From positions 80,352-144,351 of the forward strand of contig CAZYCL010000002.1 in assembly GCA_964645795.1 (NCBI GenBank): DNA of 64,000 nucleotides, read 5' to 3'. A program made the position numbers and the translations under genes. The notes beneath the pieces were generated by a model, which was given only the letters and a program-made list of their open reading frames with translations, was not told where the DNA came from and made no database searches. The DNA comes from an uncultured Planctomycetales bacterium (lineage in GTDB: Bacteria; Omnitrophota; Gorgyraeia; Gygaellales; Profunditerraquicolaceae). Position 1 is the first letter of the stretch, and the number at the start of each line of letters is the position of its first letter. This document shows, piece by piece, positions 28,618 to 37,031 of the stretch.

Positions 28618-30556
28618 GCGCCGTTTTAAGACGCGAATTATCTTCTAATTTCTTCTTCTCGGGTTTATTTGACCAGAGCGCTTCGACTTCCGCGGACAGC
28701 CCGGATGGATCGACCATCCTTATGATACCGCAGCCCCTCAAGTTAGCGAGAAAACTTCTATGTTTTGCCCTTAAACCTTTGCAGTCGAAGACCAACACGT
28801 ATTTAGCGCTGCTTGCCGCTTCCGACACCATCGAGATGCTTTCCGGAGAAACAATGATTATGTCGCTTAACCCCAGGATGCCTCCCACTGCCTCCGGTAT
28901 ATTCTTTTCATTGGCGATCACCAGCAACCGGCATAAAGGATAACCGCTAAGCTCGCCTTTTACCAGCTTCTCGATGGCGGGGCTTGTGCGGCGGGAAGTA
29001 GTGACCAGGAGCTGGGCGCCCATCTTCTCCGATACGCTTTTGATCTGCCGGATGACCTCCCTGACTATATCGACCGATAAAAAGAAGTTCTTTGTGTCGC
29101 CTCCGAGCAACAGGCCGATCTTGGCAAGACGCGGATCGCCGTCTACTCTTGTCCCGGAAGATACCAGCGCCAGGCCCTGACGCTCAAGATACTCCTTATC
29201 GATAAGGTTGAGCGCCCCGTCGGTCACAACTACTGTTTTTCTACGGGCAGGCTTGTCATGCCTGGGCATGACTACCAGGTCGAAACGCCCGAAACCCAAG
29301 ACCGAGGGCTTGAGTACCGCCACCGATTTAGCAAGATTCTCCCGCGAAAGTATGTAATTGAGCGCCGCTAGGCCCGAACCGCTTGAGACGACGATATCAA
29401 ACTTATCTCTTACCAGGCCCTCATAGCTTTCCTTGTCCAGGCTGCCTTTCAGGCACCAGAGACAGCCCTGACAGGAGTATTTACCCGCCAGCAGCCCGCT
29501 TATCAGTATCTTTAGCGATGAAAAACGCCCTCTCGTGCTTACGCGTACGGTCTTTACTTCAAGCTTGATCCCTTTATCGCGCAGGTGCTCCCCGGCAAGC
29601 TTGGCTACCGCCTGAGACTGCCTGAGATGCCCGGTCTTTCCGTCATCAAGGATAAGCAGGGTTCTCTGGTCACTGTACTTCCAGATCTTATATGACCAGA
29701 GATATTCGTGCGGGTACCTCCTTATATACTCCTCAAAGATTCCGGTAAACTTCTGCAGGTTATCGCGCAGGTCGCGCTCATGGTCCCCGGTTTCCCTTAG
29801 CTGTAAAGGCGGGTGAATGACGACCTTGATATAGGGCCCTTTGATACGCGCGTAAAAAGCCGGCAGGAGCTCGGCACCGTATCTTAGGGCAAACGTTATC
29901 GCTCCTATCGGCATCGAGGCGTTCTTGCCGAAAAACTTCACCAGCATCCCGTTCTTGCCTCCCTGGTCCGCGGTGACCCCTATTGCCTTGTTGTCCCGAA
30001 GGGCGCGGATCAGGCCGCGCACCCCTTCCTTGGCCTGAACGATGCGGCAGCCCTTCTTCTCACGATAATCATTGAGCAGTTTATAGAGCCTCGGGTATTT
30101 ACGCTGCTCGCGCGCGAAAATATAGAATTGGAAGCCGAGGTTGGCCGAAATGATATTGGAAAACTCCCAGCTGCCCTCGTGCACCCCGGAGATGATCACG
30201 CCCTTGCCCTTTTTAAAGGCTTCGAAGATATGCTCTTTGCCTTCAACGGTTATGTATTTATTGAAGTAGCCGGCATCGACCGCGGGTATATAGAAAAGCT
30301 CCATGATGTTCTGGCCGAAGGCACGGTAAAACCCGGCAACGATCTTCTTTAACCGGCAAGGGGGAAGCTGGCGGCCGAGGGCGCATTTGATATTGGAATA
30401 AACCAGCGCCCGGCGCCTGCGGTCAAAAAAACATAGCAGATCGCCTATCCTCCTGCCCAGGAACAACCCGGCCTGAAATGGCAGCAACCTGACCAGGAAT
30501 CCGAAGATCTTAAAGAGGATATAGAGCGTATAATCGGTCAAGGAATTCATGTTCAT
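28601..30556 (-). CDS. Fusion of a lipid A late acyltransferase (LpxL/HtrB family, N-terminal) with an ELM1/DUF1022-like putative glycosyltransferase domain (C-terminal)
   Basis: 651 aa. Residues about 1-290 match the HtrB/MsbB-type acyltransferase layout (..HEGSWEF.. active His, ..VTADQGG..). The C-terminal 350 aa resemble the ELM1/DUF1022 family. The 3' end overlaps lpxK by 47 nt. Confidence 0.65.
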   Translation of the reverse strand: MNMNSLTDYTLYILFKIFGFLVRLLPFQAGLFLGRRIGDLLCFFDRRRRALVYSNIKCALGRQLPPCRLKKIVAGFYRAFGQNIMELFYIPAVDAGYFNKYITVEGKEHIFEAFKKGKGVIISGVHEGSWEFSNIISANLGFQFYIFAREQRKYPRLYKLLNDYREKKGCRIVQAKEGVRGLIRALRDNKAIGVTADQGGKNGMLVKFFGKNASMPIGAITFALRYGAELLPAFYARIKGPYIKVVIHPPLQLRETGDHERDLRDNLQKFTGIFEEYIRRYPHEYLWSYKIWKYSDQRTLLILDDGKTGHLRQSQAVAKLAGEHLRDKGIKLEVKTVRVSTRGRFSSLKILISGLLAGKYSCQGCLWCLKGSLDKESYEGLVRDKFDIVVSSGSGLAALNYILSRENLAKSVAVLKPSVLGFGRFDLVVMPRHDKPARRKTVVVTDGALNLIDKEYLERQGLALVSSGTRVDGDPRLAKIGLLLGGDTKNFFLSVDIVREVIRQIKSVSEKMGAQLLVTTSRRTSPAIEKLVKGELSGYPLCRLLVIANEKNIPEAVGGILGLSDIIIVSPESISMVSEAASSAKYVLVFDCKGLRAKHRSFLANLRGCGIIRMVDPSGLSAEVEALWSNKPEKKKLEDNSRLKTALEKIL

Positions 30557-31562
30557 CTCTGATCTTTAGCTTTAGCCTCGCAACAAATATGTCCACGCCG
30601 CAGTCGAAACCCCCGAGAAAAGAAAGCCTTGCCGCGTCTTTTTCGGTAGTAATGAGCGCCTCGGCTTCCGATCCGCGGGCCCGGCTGGCTAACGACTTGA
30701 TCTCATCTATGGTATAAGAATGGTGGTCTGCGAAAGCAACGCTTGAAGCTATCTTAAGGCCAACGCCCCTGGCCAGGCTCAAAAAGGCAGAAGGATCGGC
30801 GATGCCGGAAAAAGCAAGAAGCCTCTTATCTTTTATTTTCGCAGCATCAAAGATCTCCTGCGGCCTGCCCAGACTGAAGATGCCTGCTAATTGGTGCTCT
30901 GCCTCGAATATGGCTGCTGCGGGATTCAGCTTCTTGAGCCTATCCTTGATAGCGGCATCATGCCTGGCGATGTTGACCTTGGTCAGGATGAATATATCCG
31001 CTTTATCCAGGGTTTCAATAGGCTGACGCAGAAGGCCGCGCGGCAAAAGATGGCCGTTGCCGAAAGGATTACCCGAATCAATGGTGACTATCTCTAAGTC
31101 CTTATGTATGTGCCACTGCTGCAGGCCGTCATCATAAATGACCGTATCCGCGTTGTAGTCTTGTATCGCTTTATCAGTAGCTGCCGCCCTGTCCTTATCG
31201 GTAAGCACCGTAACGCCTTTTAGCCTGCGCGAGAGCATCAGTGACTCATCGGTAAACTCTCGCCCTGTCTTGATATGAGTCTTGGCATAGCTTCGCGATA
31301 TGACCGCTACCCGGCGGCCTTTCTCTGCAAGACGCGATGCAACCAACTCTACCAACGGAGTTTTGCCTGTGCCTCCTACCGTAATATTGCCGACGCTTAT
31401 GAGCTTGCAGGGAAAATGCCTGCGGCCCAGACCCCTTACTGTTATCAGGATCCTGACGATAAGGCCGTAAATAAGCGAGAACAGATAAAGAATTAATTTG
31501 ACCGGATAGGCGGCCGGGCTCTTATTGTTATCGGTTGCTATAGCGTAAAGGTAGCCAAGCAT
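30510..31562 (-). CDS. lpxK: Tetraacyldisaccharide 4'-kinase
   Basis: 350 aa. The P-loop VGNITVGGTGKTP sits at the canonical position after an N-terminal membrane helix. Confidence 0.9.
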   Translation of the reverse strand: MLGYLYAIATDNNKSPAAYPVKLILYLFSLIYGLIVRILITVRGLGRRHFPCKLISVGNITVGGTGKTPLVELVASRLAEKGRRVAVISRSYAKTHIKTGREFTDESLMLSRRLKGVTVLTDKDRAAATDKAIQDYNADTVIYDDGLQQWHIHKDLEIVTIDSGNPFGNGHLLPRGLLRQPIETLDKADIFILTKVNIARHDAAIKDRLKKLNPAAAIFEAEHQLAGIFSLGRPQEIFDAAKIKDKRLLAFSGIADPSAFLSLARGVGLKIASSVAFADHHSYTIDEIKSLASRARGSEAEALITTEKDAARLSFLGGFDCGVDIFVARLKLKIRDEHEFLDRLYALYPL

Positions 31563-31563
31563 G

Positions 31564-31989
31564 CTATTGACCCGTTAACTGAACGACCAACTCCCTGTCC
31601 CTCGGGCGGTTGTCGAACTCCGCCAGGACCACCTGCTGCCATCTCCCCAGAGACAGCCTCCCTCCTGAAAAAGGAATGGTGATAAACGGCCCGATGAGAC
31701 TGGCACGCAGATGGCTGAACCCATTGGCATCGCCCCAGGTAAGGTCATGCTGATAACTTTTGTTGCGCGGCACCAGCTTCTCATAAAGCGCCTTAAGGTC
31801 CTCGACTAACCCCGGCTCAAATTCGAAGGTAGTAATAGCCGCGGTAGAACCGACCACAAATACCGTAAGCGTGCCGTTGGTGAGCTTAGAGGTTGACAGT
31901 ATCTGCGCGAGCGAATCGGTAATATTAATCAGGTCCGGATCGCCTTTGGTCCTGAAACGAAGGGTCTCGGTTACGATCTTCATCGTCAT
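31564..31989 (-). CDS. YjbQ/UPF0047 family protein (secondary thiamine-phosphate synthase-like); paralog 1
   Basis: 141 aa with a conserved ..HLRASLIG...IP..G.L.LG.WQ C-terminal block. Confidence 0.8.
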   Translation of the reverse strand: MTMKIVTETLRFRTKGDPDLINITDSLAQILSTSKLTNGTLTVFVVGSTAAITTFEFEPGLVEDLKALYEKLVPRNKSYQHDLTWGDANGFSHLRASLIGPFITIPFSGGRLSLGRWQQVVLAEFDNRPRDRELVVQLTGQ

Positions 31990-32258
31990 ATGAGCTTAAG
32001 AAACATTAAGAGCCCTATTATCACAAAAATCCCGGCCCCAGCAAGCCTTACAGTCTCAGGCGGGATAAAACGGGAGATTACCGAACCCAACAGCACCGAG
32101 ATAACGGTTACCAGCGCATAAGCCGCTACCGAGCCGGCCCATACCGAAGCCGGTTTGCCTGACTTTGCGCTCATCCCCATGCTTACGATCTGGGTCTTGT
32201 CTGCCAGCTCCGCCAGGAACACTGCTCCAAAAGTAGCAAAAAATATCTTCCAGTCCAT
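31986..32258 (-). CDS. UPF0016 / GDT1 (TMEM165) family membrane protein, a single-repeat half-transporter
   Basis: 90 aa. The E-x-G-D-(KR)-(TS) family signature is present as ELADKTQ. Confidence 0.8.
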   Translation of the reverse strand: MDWKIFFATFGAVFLAELADKTQIVSMGMSAKSGKPASVWAGSVAAYALVTVISVLLGSVISRFIPPETVRLAGAGIFVIIGLLMFLKLI

Positions 32259-32414
32259 TACGGCTCCTTTTTACAGTAACCCTTTATATGGCATAAAGTT
32301 AACTTCTTATTTTAACATAAGTGATTAAGGCAGGCAAATGCTTTCGAGCAAAGGGCGGCGCAAATCGGAAAGGTTCATTATGCATCGATGGGAATACTGC
32401 ATTTCAAACGAAGG

Positions 32415-33083
32415 TTAACGTCTGCAGCTTCTTTCGATCAGCGCAAAGATATCGGCAAACTCATCCACGACGATATCCGCGGCCTTCAGGTAGGGTCTGG
32501 GCAGGCTGGTAGTTATGGCTATACAATACATCCCCGCCTTCTTGGCAGAGCGGATGCCTAAAGGTGCGTTTTCCACCACAACGCAATCCCGGGGCCGCAC
32601 ACCCAAGGCCCTTGCCGCTTTCAAATAAGGCTCGGGGTGGGGCTTGCCGTGCTTGACGTTATTCCCGGCGATGACCACATCAAAATTGGAGCGTATCCGC
32701 AGGGGCAGGATCCTCTTAATCTCATGGGTCGGCGTGCCGCTGACAAGACCCAAGAAATAGCCTTTGGCCCTAAGGCAGGACAAAAACTCCGCCGCGCCTT
32801 TAAAGATAAACCTTTTAAAGTACTTCTTGAATATATGGCGGCGCAATACAGAGATCTTATTCAGGGTCGAGGCATCGGGGCGAATGCCGTGCAGGCCAAG
32901 GAAGCTCGTCAAACTCTTATCCCAGCGCTCCCCCTCCCTGGAGTAAACATCAAAACAGCTAACCCTTACCCCGTAAGGCCGCAGCGCCTCGTACCAGGCG
33001 ATAAAGTGATAAGGCATGGAGTCGACGATCACGCCATCCATGTCAAAGAGTATCGCGCGCGGTAAAAAGGGGAGCTTTTTCAT
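32415..33083 (-). CDS. HAD-superfamily hydrolase (subfamily IA, beta-phosphoglucomutase/phosphatase-like)
   Basis: 222 aa. It has the FDMDGVIVDS motif I and a downstream K...GD motif layout. Confidence 0.8.
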   Translation of the reverse strand: MKKLPFLPRAILFDMDGVIVDSMPYHFIAWYEALRPYGVRVSCFDVYSREGERWDKSLTSFLGLHGIRPDASTLNKISVLRRHIFKKYFKRFIFKGAAEFLSCLRAKGYFLGLVSGTPTHEIKRILPLRIRSNFDVVIAGNNVKHGKPHPEPYLKAARALGVRPRDCVVVENAPLGIRSAKKAGMYCIAITTSLPRPYLKAADIVVDEFADIFALIERSCRR

Positions 33084-33088
33084 CTGGA

Positions 33089-33808
33089 TTAATCGGTCGA
33101 TAGGAACGAGACGTTCCTCTCGATGAAATTGACCAGCTTCTGCTGGGCTTGTGACGAGATATTGCTGAACTCCACCCCCATCCCGGGATGAAAATGGATC
33201 TGGGCCTCTTTGTCCGGGATCCAGACGACCTTGGCCTCAAGCTCCATCACTTCATCCTTCGGCGGAAGTTTGAACTTTATCAAAACGTCATCCCCGAGCT
33301 TGAACCTGTCGCAGCCAAAGATGAAAGCCCCGATCGCGCTTAGATTCAATACGTCGGCATGTTCACAGTGAGGGCCCTTTTCATACTTGCCGCGCAGCTC
33401 AATTTTAATATCCAGGGGCAGACGCTTGAACCTGCGCCTTAATTGCATCTTCTTTATGTTTTCTATGATCTGGTCTTCCTTGAAGCTGTTTAAGGCCGTA
33501 TCTTCGGAGGCGAATATCTCGATCGTGCGGTCCAGCCCCGAGACCGAAAGAACTCCTCTTAAATGCGCCGGCACGTTTACAAAACGTATCCTTCCTCCGT
33601 GGTTGACTGCTTCTCTATAGGCGATGACCAGGACCGAAACGCCCATATAGTCTATGGACTCGACATCCTCGAAGTTGCAGAGTATGTCCTTGTAGCCCTC
33701 ATGCACGCACTGGCCGACCGCCTCGACGAAATTGGCGGAGTCGACATCGACCTTGCCTGCCAGGTCAAGTATGATCACGTCCTGTTTTTTACGCGGCCTG
33801 ATAAACAT
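33089..33808 (-). CDS. STAS domain (anti-sigma-factor-antagonist-like) fused to a C-terminal PilZ domain
   Basis: The STAS region is ILDLAGKVD...SIDYMGVSVL. The C-terminus has RR..R and D.S..G PilZ-like elements. I place the start at the internal Met (33808), which avoids a 65-nt overlap with the NUDIX gene. Confidence 0.6.
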   Translation of the reverse strand: MFIRPRKKQDVIILDLAGKVDVDSANFVEAVGQCVHEGYKDILCNFEDVESIDYMGVSVLVIAYREAVNHGGRIRFVNVPAHLRGVLSVSGLDRTIEIFASEDTALNSFKEDQIIENIKKMQLRRRFKRLPLDIKIELRGKYEKGPHCEHADVLNLSAIGAFIFGCDRFKLGDDVLIKFKLPPKDEVMELEAKVVWIPDKEAQIHFHPGMGVEFSNISSQAQQKLVNFIERNVSFLSTD

Positions 33809-33857
33809 AGTTAAATTAATTTTTACCGCCACCGAAGGGCCGGCCTTTAAAGTATCT

Positions 33858-34340
33858 TTACAGCCAGCCGCAAAGGGTAAAGGCGCAGATCGTTTTGGCG
33901 TCAACGATCCTGCCGCAGCCAAACATGGCCTTAAGTTGTTTGCGGCCGATTATCCTTACGCTTATGATCTCATCGGCCTGAGGATCTCTCTTGGCCTTCT
34001 TTAAACCGTCGGCCCTATAGACGGTTATCTTCTCCGTTGAGTAACCCGGCACCGGATAAATAAAACCCAATCTCGTAAGCTTGCCTGCGCTATAGCCGGT
34101 CTCCTCAACGATCTCTCTGCTCACACAAGCACTCTCCCGTTCACCGGGCTCTTTTGTCCCCGCGGGCAACTCATAAATATATTTATTTATCACCGGACGC
34201 AACTGCCTGAGCATTATGACTGAATCGGACTTCAAAAACGGCACGACCAGCACCGCTCCGGGATGCTCTATCAGCTCCAGGTCCATGCGGTGGCCGTTGG
34301 GCAAGAGCGTTTTTCTCCTGCATATTTTAAGAAAAGACAT
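33858..34340 (-). CDS. NUDIX hydrolase (ADP-ribose pyrophosphatase-like)
   Basis: 160 aa. The NUDIX box is ELPAGTKEPGERESACVSREIVEETG. Confidence 0.85.
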   Translation of the reverse strand: MSFLKICRRKTLLPNGHRMDLELIEHPGAVLVVPFLKSDSVIMLRQLRPVINKYIYELPAGTKEPGERESACVSREIVEETGYSAGKLTRLGFIYPVPGYSTEKITVYRADGLKKAKRDPQADEIISVRIIGRKQLKAMFGCGRIVDAKTICAFTLCGWL

Positions 34341-34371
34341 TACTGGCTATCCGGTTAAAAGGTTAATTTTA

Positions 34372-34842
34372 TCAGTAGGCACTTGATTTCTGTAGCCTTG
34401 CCCAGGCCTCGAACAACCTCAGGCTCTCCTGCCGCAGCAGGCCTCCTTTTATTTTGATGTTGCTGCGCCCGTAAATCTTGAGGCGCTTATCGGTTATGGG
34501 CATCTCGTTAAAACCGAATGAAGCCGCATCTTTGATACCGGCGCCGAAAACTATTTTTCCGATCCTGGCCCAATGGCAGGCAGAAAAACACATGGGGCAG
34601 GGCTCGCAACTGGAATATATCACGCAACCCGACAAGTCTATGCTTTTAAGTTTTTTGCAAGCAAGCCGTATGGCATTTACTTCGGCATGCGCGGTAATAT
34701 CCGCCGTCTTCCAGACTGTATTATGGGCGGAACTTATCAGCCTTCCGTTCTTGACTATACAGGCGCCGAACGGTGCCTGATCGCCCTTTACGCCGGATAA
34801 AGCCTTGCGGATGGCAATACGCATGAACTTTTTGTCATCCAT
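34372..34842 (-). CDS. tadA: tRNA-specific adenosine deaminase (CMP/dCMP deaminase zinc-binding family)
   Basis: 156 aa. It has HAEVNAI and the CEPCPMC zinc ligands. Confidence 0.88.
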   Translation of the reverse strand: MDDKKFMRIAIRKALSGVKGDQAPFGACIVKNGRLISSAHNTVWKTADITAHAEVNAIRLACKKLKSIDLSGCVIYSSCEPCPMCFSACHWARIGKIVFGAGIKDAASFGFNEMPITDKRLKIYGRSNIKIKGGLLRQESLRLFEAWARLQKSSAY

Positions 34843-34843
34843 G

Positions 34844-36106
34844 CTATATCAGCGTCTTTATCAGGGAGAAACTCTTTTCCGTGGCCCCCTGGTTAGAGAG
34901 ATACAGCTCGATGGCCTTGGCAGACATGCGGCTGGAGGCTTGCGGGTCGGATATTATCCGCGAAATCCCGGATTCCAGCTGTGCCGCATCCTTAGCCATC
35001 AGTGCCGCTTCGTTTTTAAGGAAAAGGTCGGTTATGTCGCTAAAGTTGAAAGTGTGCGGGCCGAAGATAACAGGTTTTCCCAGTGAAGCCGGCTCAAGTA
35101 TATTGTGGCCGCCTTTCTTGACAAGGCTGCCTCCCACAAAGACCAGGTCTGCGGCGGCATAGAACTGCATAAGCAATCCTATCGTATCTACGATAAACAC
35201 CGTCTTCTTGCCCAGGATCGTCGATTCCGCAAGAAGAGAAAAGCGCTGCGCGGAAAACCCTTTATGTAGAATAAGCTTTTCGATCTCGCCTGCCCTTGCG
35301 GGATGGCGCGGCGCCAGGATAAGCCTTAGATGCGCGAACGTATGCAGGAGCCTGGCGTAAATATCAACCAGCAGCTCTTCTTCTCCCGGGTGGGTAGAAC
35401 CGCATACCAAAAGCGTCTCTTTGTCGCCGACCTTGAGCTTTTTCCTGCATTCAGTCGCGGAAAGCCTTGCTGTCGGCGCAGCTTTAATGTCAAACTTCAT
35501 ATTACCGGTTACCTGTATCCTTTTTTCCCCGACGCCCAAAGACGCAAACCTTGCGGCATCGGTCGGGCTTTGCACGCAGAACAAGGCTACTTTCTTAAGG
35601 ATCGGGCTGAAAAAAAATCGCGCCAGCGAATATCCCCTTAGAGATGAATCGGAGATCCTGCCGTTAACGGTCGCAACAGGGATGTTGTAGCGTGCAAGCG
35701 AGCTGATGAGGTTGGGCCAGATCTCAGTCTCGGCCAGGATAAAAACGCAGGGCAAGAGCCTCCTGATCGCCCTCCTTATGATGAAACTGAAATCCAGCGG
35801 CAGATAAATCAGGAGGTCTTCTTCTCTGACCAGCCCTTGGGCGATCTTATGGCCGGTTGGGGTAACGGTAGATATAACGAACTTCTTATCCGGATAAGCC
35901 TGCCTTAAACGCTCAAGCAGCCCCTTGATGACCATGACCTCGCCGACGCTGACCGCATGTATCCAGACCGGGCCGTGAAGGTCACTGCGGCCGGGCAAAA
36001 AACCCAGCCTTTGCGCAAAACCCTTATGGAATTTGCCGCGAAAAATATATACCGGCAAGTAGAATACGAGCAGGATCAGATAGATCAGATCGTAGATAAA
36101 AATCAT
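34844..36106 (-). CDS. waaA: 3-deoxy-D-manno-octulosonic acid transferase (KDO transferase)
   Basis: The motif WIHAVSVGEV...TPTG is typical of KdtA. The ORF-track start (36157) reads through an intergenic palindrome. The real start is the ATG at 36104-36106 (MIFIYDLIY..). Confidence 0.9.
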   Translation of the reverse strand: MIFIYDLIYLILLVFYLPVYIFRGKFHKGFAQRLGFLPGRSDLHGPVWIHAVSVGEVMVIKGLLERLRQAYPDKKFVISTVTPTGHKIAQGLVREEDLLIYLPLDFSFIIRRAIRRLLPCVFILAETEIWPNLISSLARYNIPVATVNGRISDSSLRGYSLARFFFSPILKKVALFCVQSPTDAARFASLGVGEKRIQVTGNMKFDIKAAPTARLSATECRKKLKVGDKETLLVCGSTHPGEEELLVDIYARLLHTFAHLRLILAPRHPARAGEIEKLILHKGFSAQRFSLLAESTILGKKTVFIVDTIGLLMQFYAAADLVFVGGSLVKKGGHNILEPASLGKPVIFGPHTFNFSDITDLFLKNEAALMAKDAAQLESGISRIISDPQASSRMSAKAIELYLSNQGATEKSFSLIKTLI

Positions 36107-36116
36107 AATTCTTAGG

Positions 36117-36157
36117 TTGGGGACGGTTCTGGGACCAGGTCCCAGAACCGTCCCCAA
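36117..36157. repeat. Perfect 41-bp palindrome TTGGGGACGGTTCTGGGACCAGGTCCCAGAACCGTCCCCAA, a member of the GGGGACGGTTC repeat family. It is probably the xerC terminator.
   Basis: It is perfectly self-complementary and lies in the 54-bp gap between the xerC stop (36162) and the waaA start (36106). Confidence 0.8.
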
Positions 36158-36161
36158 GGTT

Positions 36162-37031
36162 TTAGGCCCGAGGGTGCGCTTTATCGTATACGCTCTTTAA
36201 CTTCTCGGTAGTCAGATGCGTGTAGATCTGCGTCGTGGATAAATTCGCATGCCCAAGGAGCTCCTGCACTGTCCTTAAATCGGCCCCGCGGTTTAAAAGA
36301 TGGGTAGCGAAAGAGTGCCTTAAGGTGTGCGGCGATACCCCGCCTTTGGTCCCGGAGGCCAGCAGGTATTTATGGACTATACCGCGCACACCGCGCGTGG
36401 TAATGCGCGAGCCGTTTTTGTTGACGAAGACCGCGCGGTTGAGCTTTTTCCTGCGGTCCAGATACTTCCTGACCGCCCCCATCGCCGTATCGCCGGCAGG
36501 CACGATCCTCTCTTTTTTGCCCTTTCCCCGCACCTTTACGATCCCGGAGATGAAATCGATGTCATCCACATCCAGCCCCACCAGCTCCGAAATGCGCAGC
36601 CCCGATGAATAAAAAAGCTCCAGTATCGCGCGGTTGCGCAGGCCCAGGTCATCCGCGGCGTCTTTGGGAAAAGCCGACTCTATCAGCCTGTTGACCTCTT
36701 CTTCGGTCAAGAACTGCGGCAAGTGTCTTTCCTGCTTCGGGCTGGAAAGCACCGCAATGGGGTTGGTCTTAACGTAGCCTTCGCGGGTGAGGAATTTAAA
36801 AAAAGTGCGCAAGCTAGACAGGTGCCTGGAGACGCTGCGATTGGTCATCTTCTTCTCTTTGAGCACCGCCAGGTATTTGCGCAAAGCCAGGTAATCGACT
36901 TTTTCAATATCGGCCCCGGCAAGGAAACCAGCGAAATCCTTAAGGTCAAGCTGATAATTCACTATTGTGTGGGGGGAGTAATTTTTCTCGATCTCAAGAT
37001 ACCGCATGAACTTCTCGATAAACTTCTCCAT
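36162..37031 (-). CDS. xerC: Tyrosine site-specific recombinase XerC/XerD
   Basis: 289 aa with the R..HTLRHSFATHLL..G.DLR..Q.LLGH....T..Y catalytic box. Confidence 0.88.
   Translation of the reverse strand: MEKFIEKFMRYLEIEKNYSPHTIVNYQLDLKDFAGFLAGADIEKVDYLALRKYLAVLKEKKMTNRSVSRHLSSLRTFFKFLTREGYVKTNPIAVLSSPKQERHLPQFLTEEEVNRLIESAFPKDAADDLGLRNRAILELFYSSGLRISELVGLDVDDIDFISGIVKVRGKGKKERIVPAGDTAMGAVRKYLDRRKKLNRAVFVNKNGSRITTRGVRGIVHKYLLASGTKGGVSPHTLRHSFATHLLNRGADLRTVQELLGHANLSTTQIYTHLTTEKLKSVYDKAHPRA

Noticed and set aside
34844-36157. Track start of waaA at 36157 and of the Macro-NUDIX gene at 54686
   Set aside because: The N-terminal extensions are translations of intergenic palindromic repeats (for example GTVLGPGPRTVPN from the 41-bp palindrome). 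Internal ATGs at 36106 and 54623 give canonical N-termini and leave the repeats intergenic.
36162-37031. xerC as the integrase of an integrated mobile element
   Set aside because: It sits in a conserved housekeeping context (dprA-topA-xerC). No flanking tRNA, direct repeats, phage or transposase genes are present, and the adjacent palindrome belongs to a dispersed terminator-like family.
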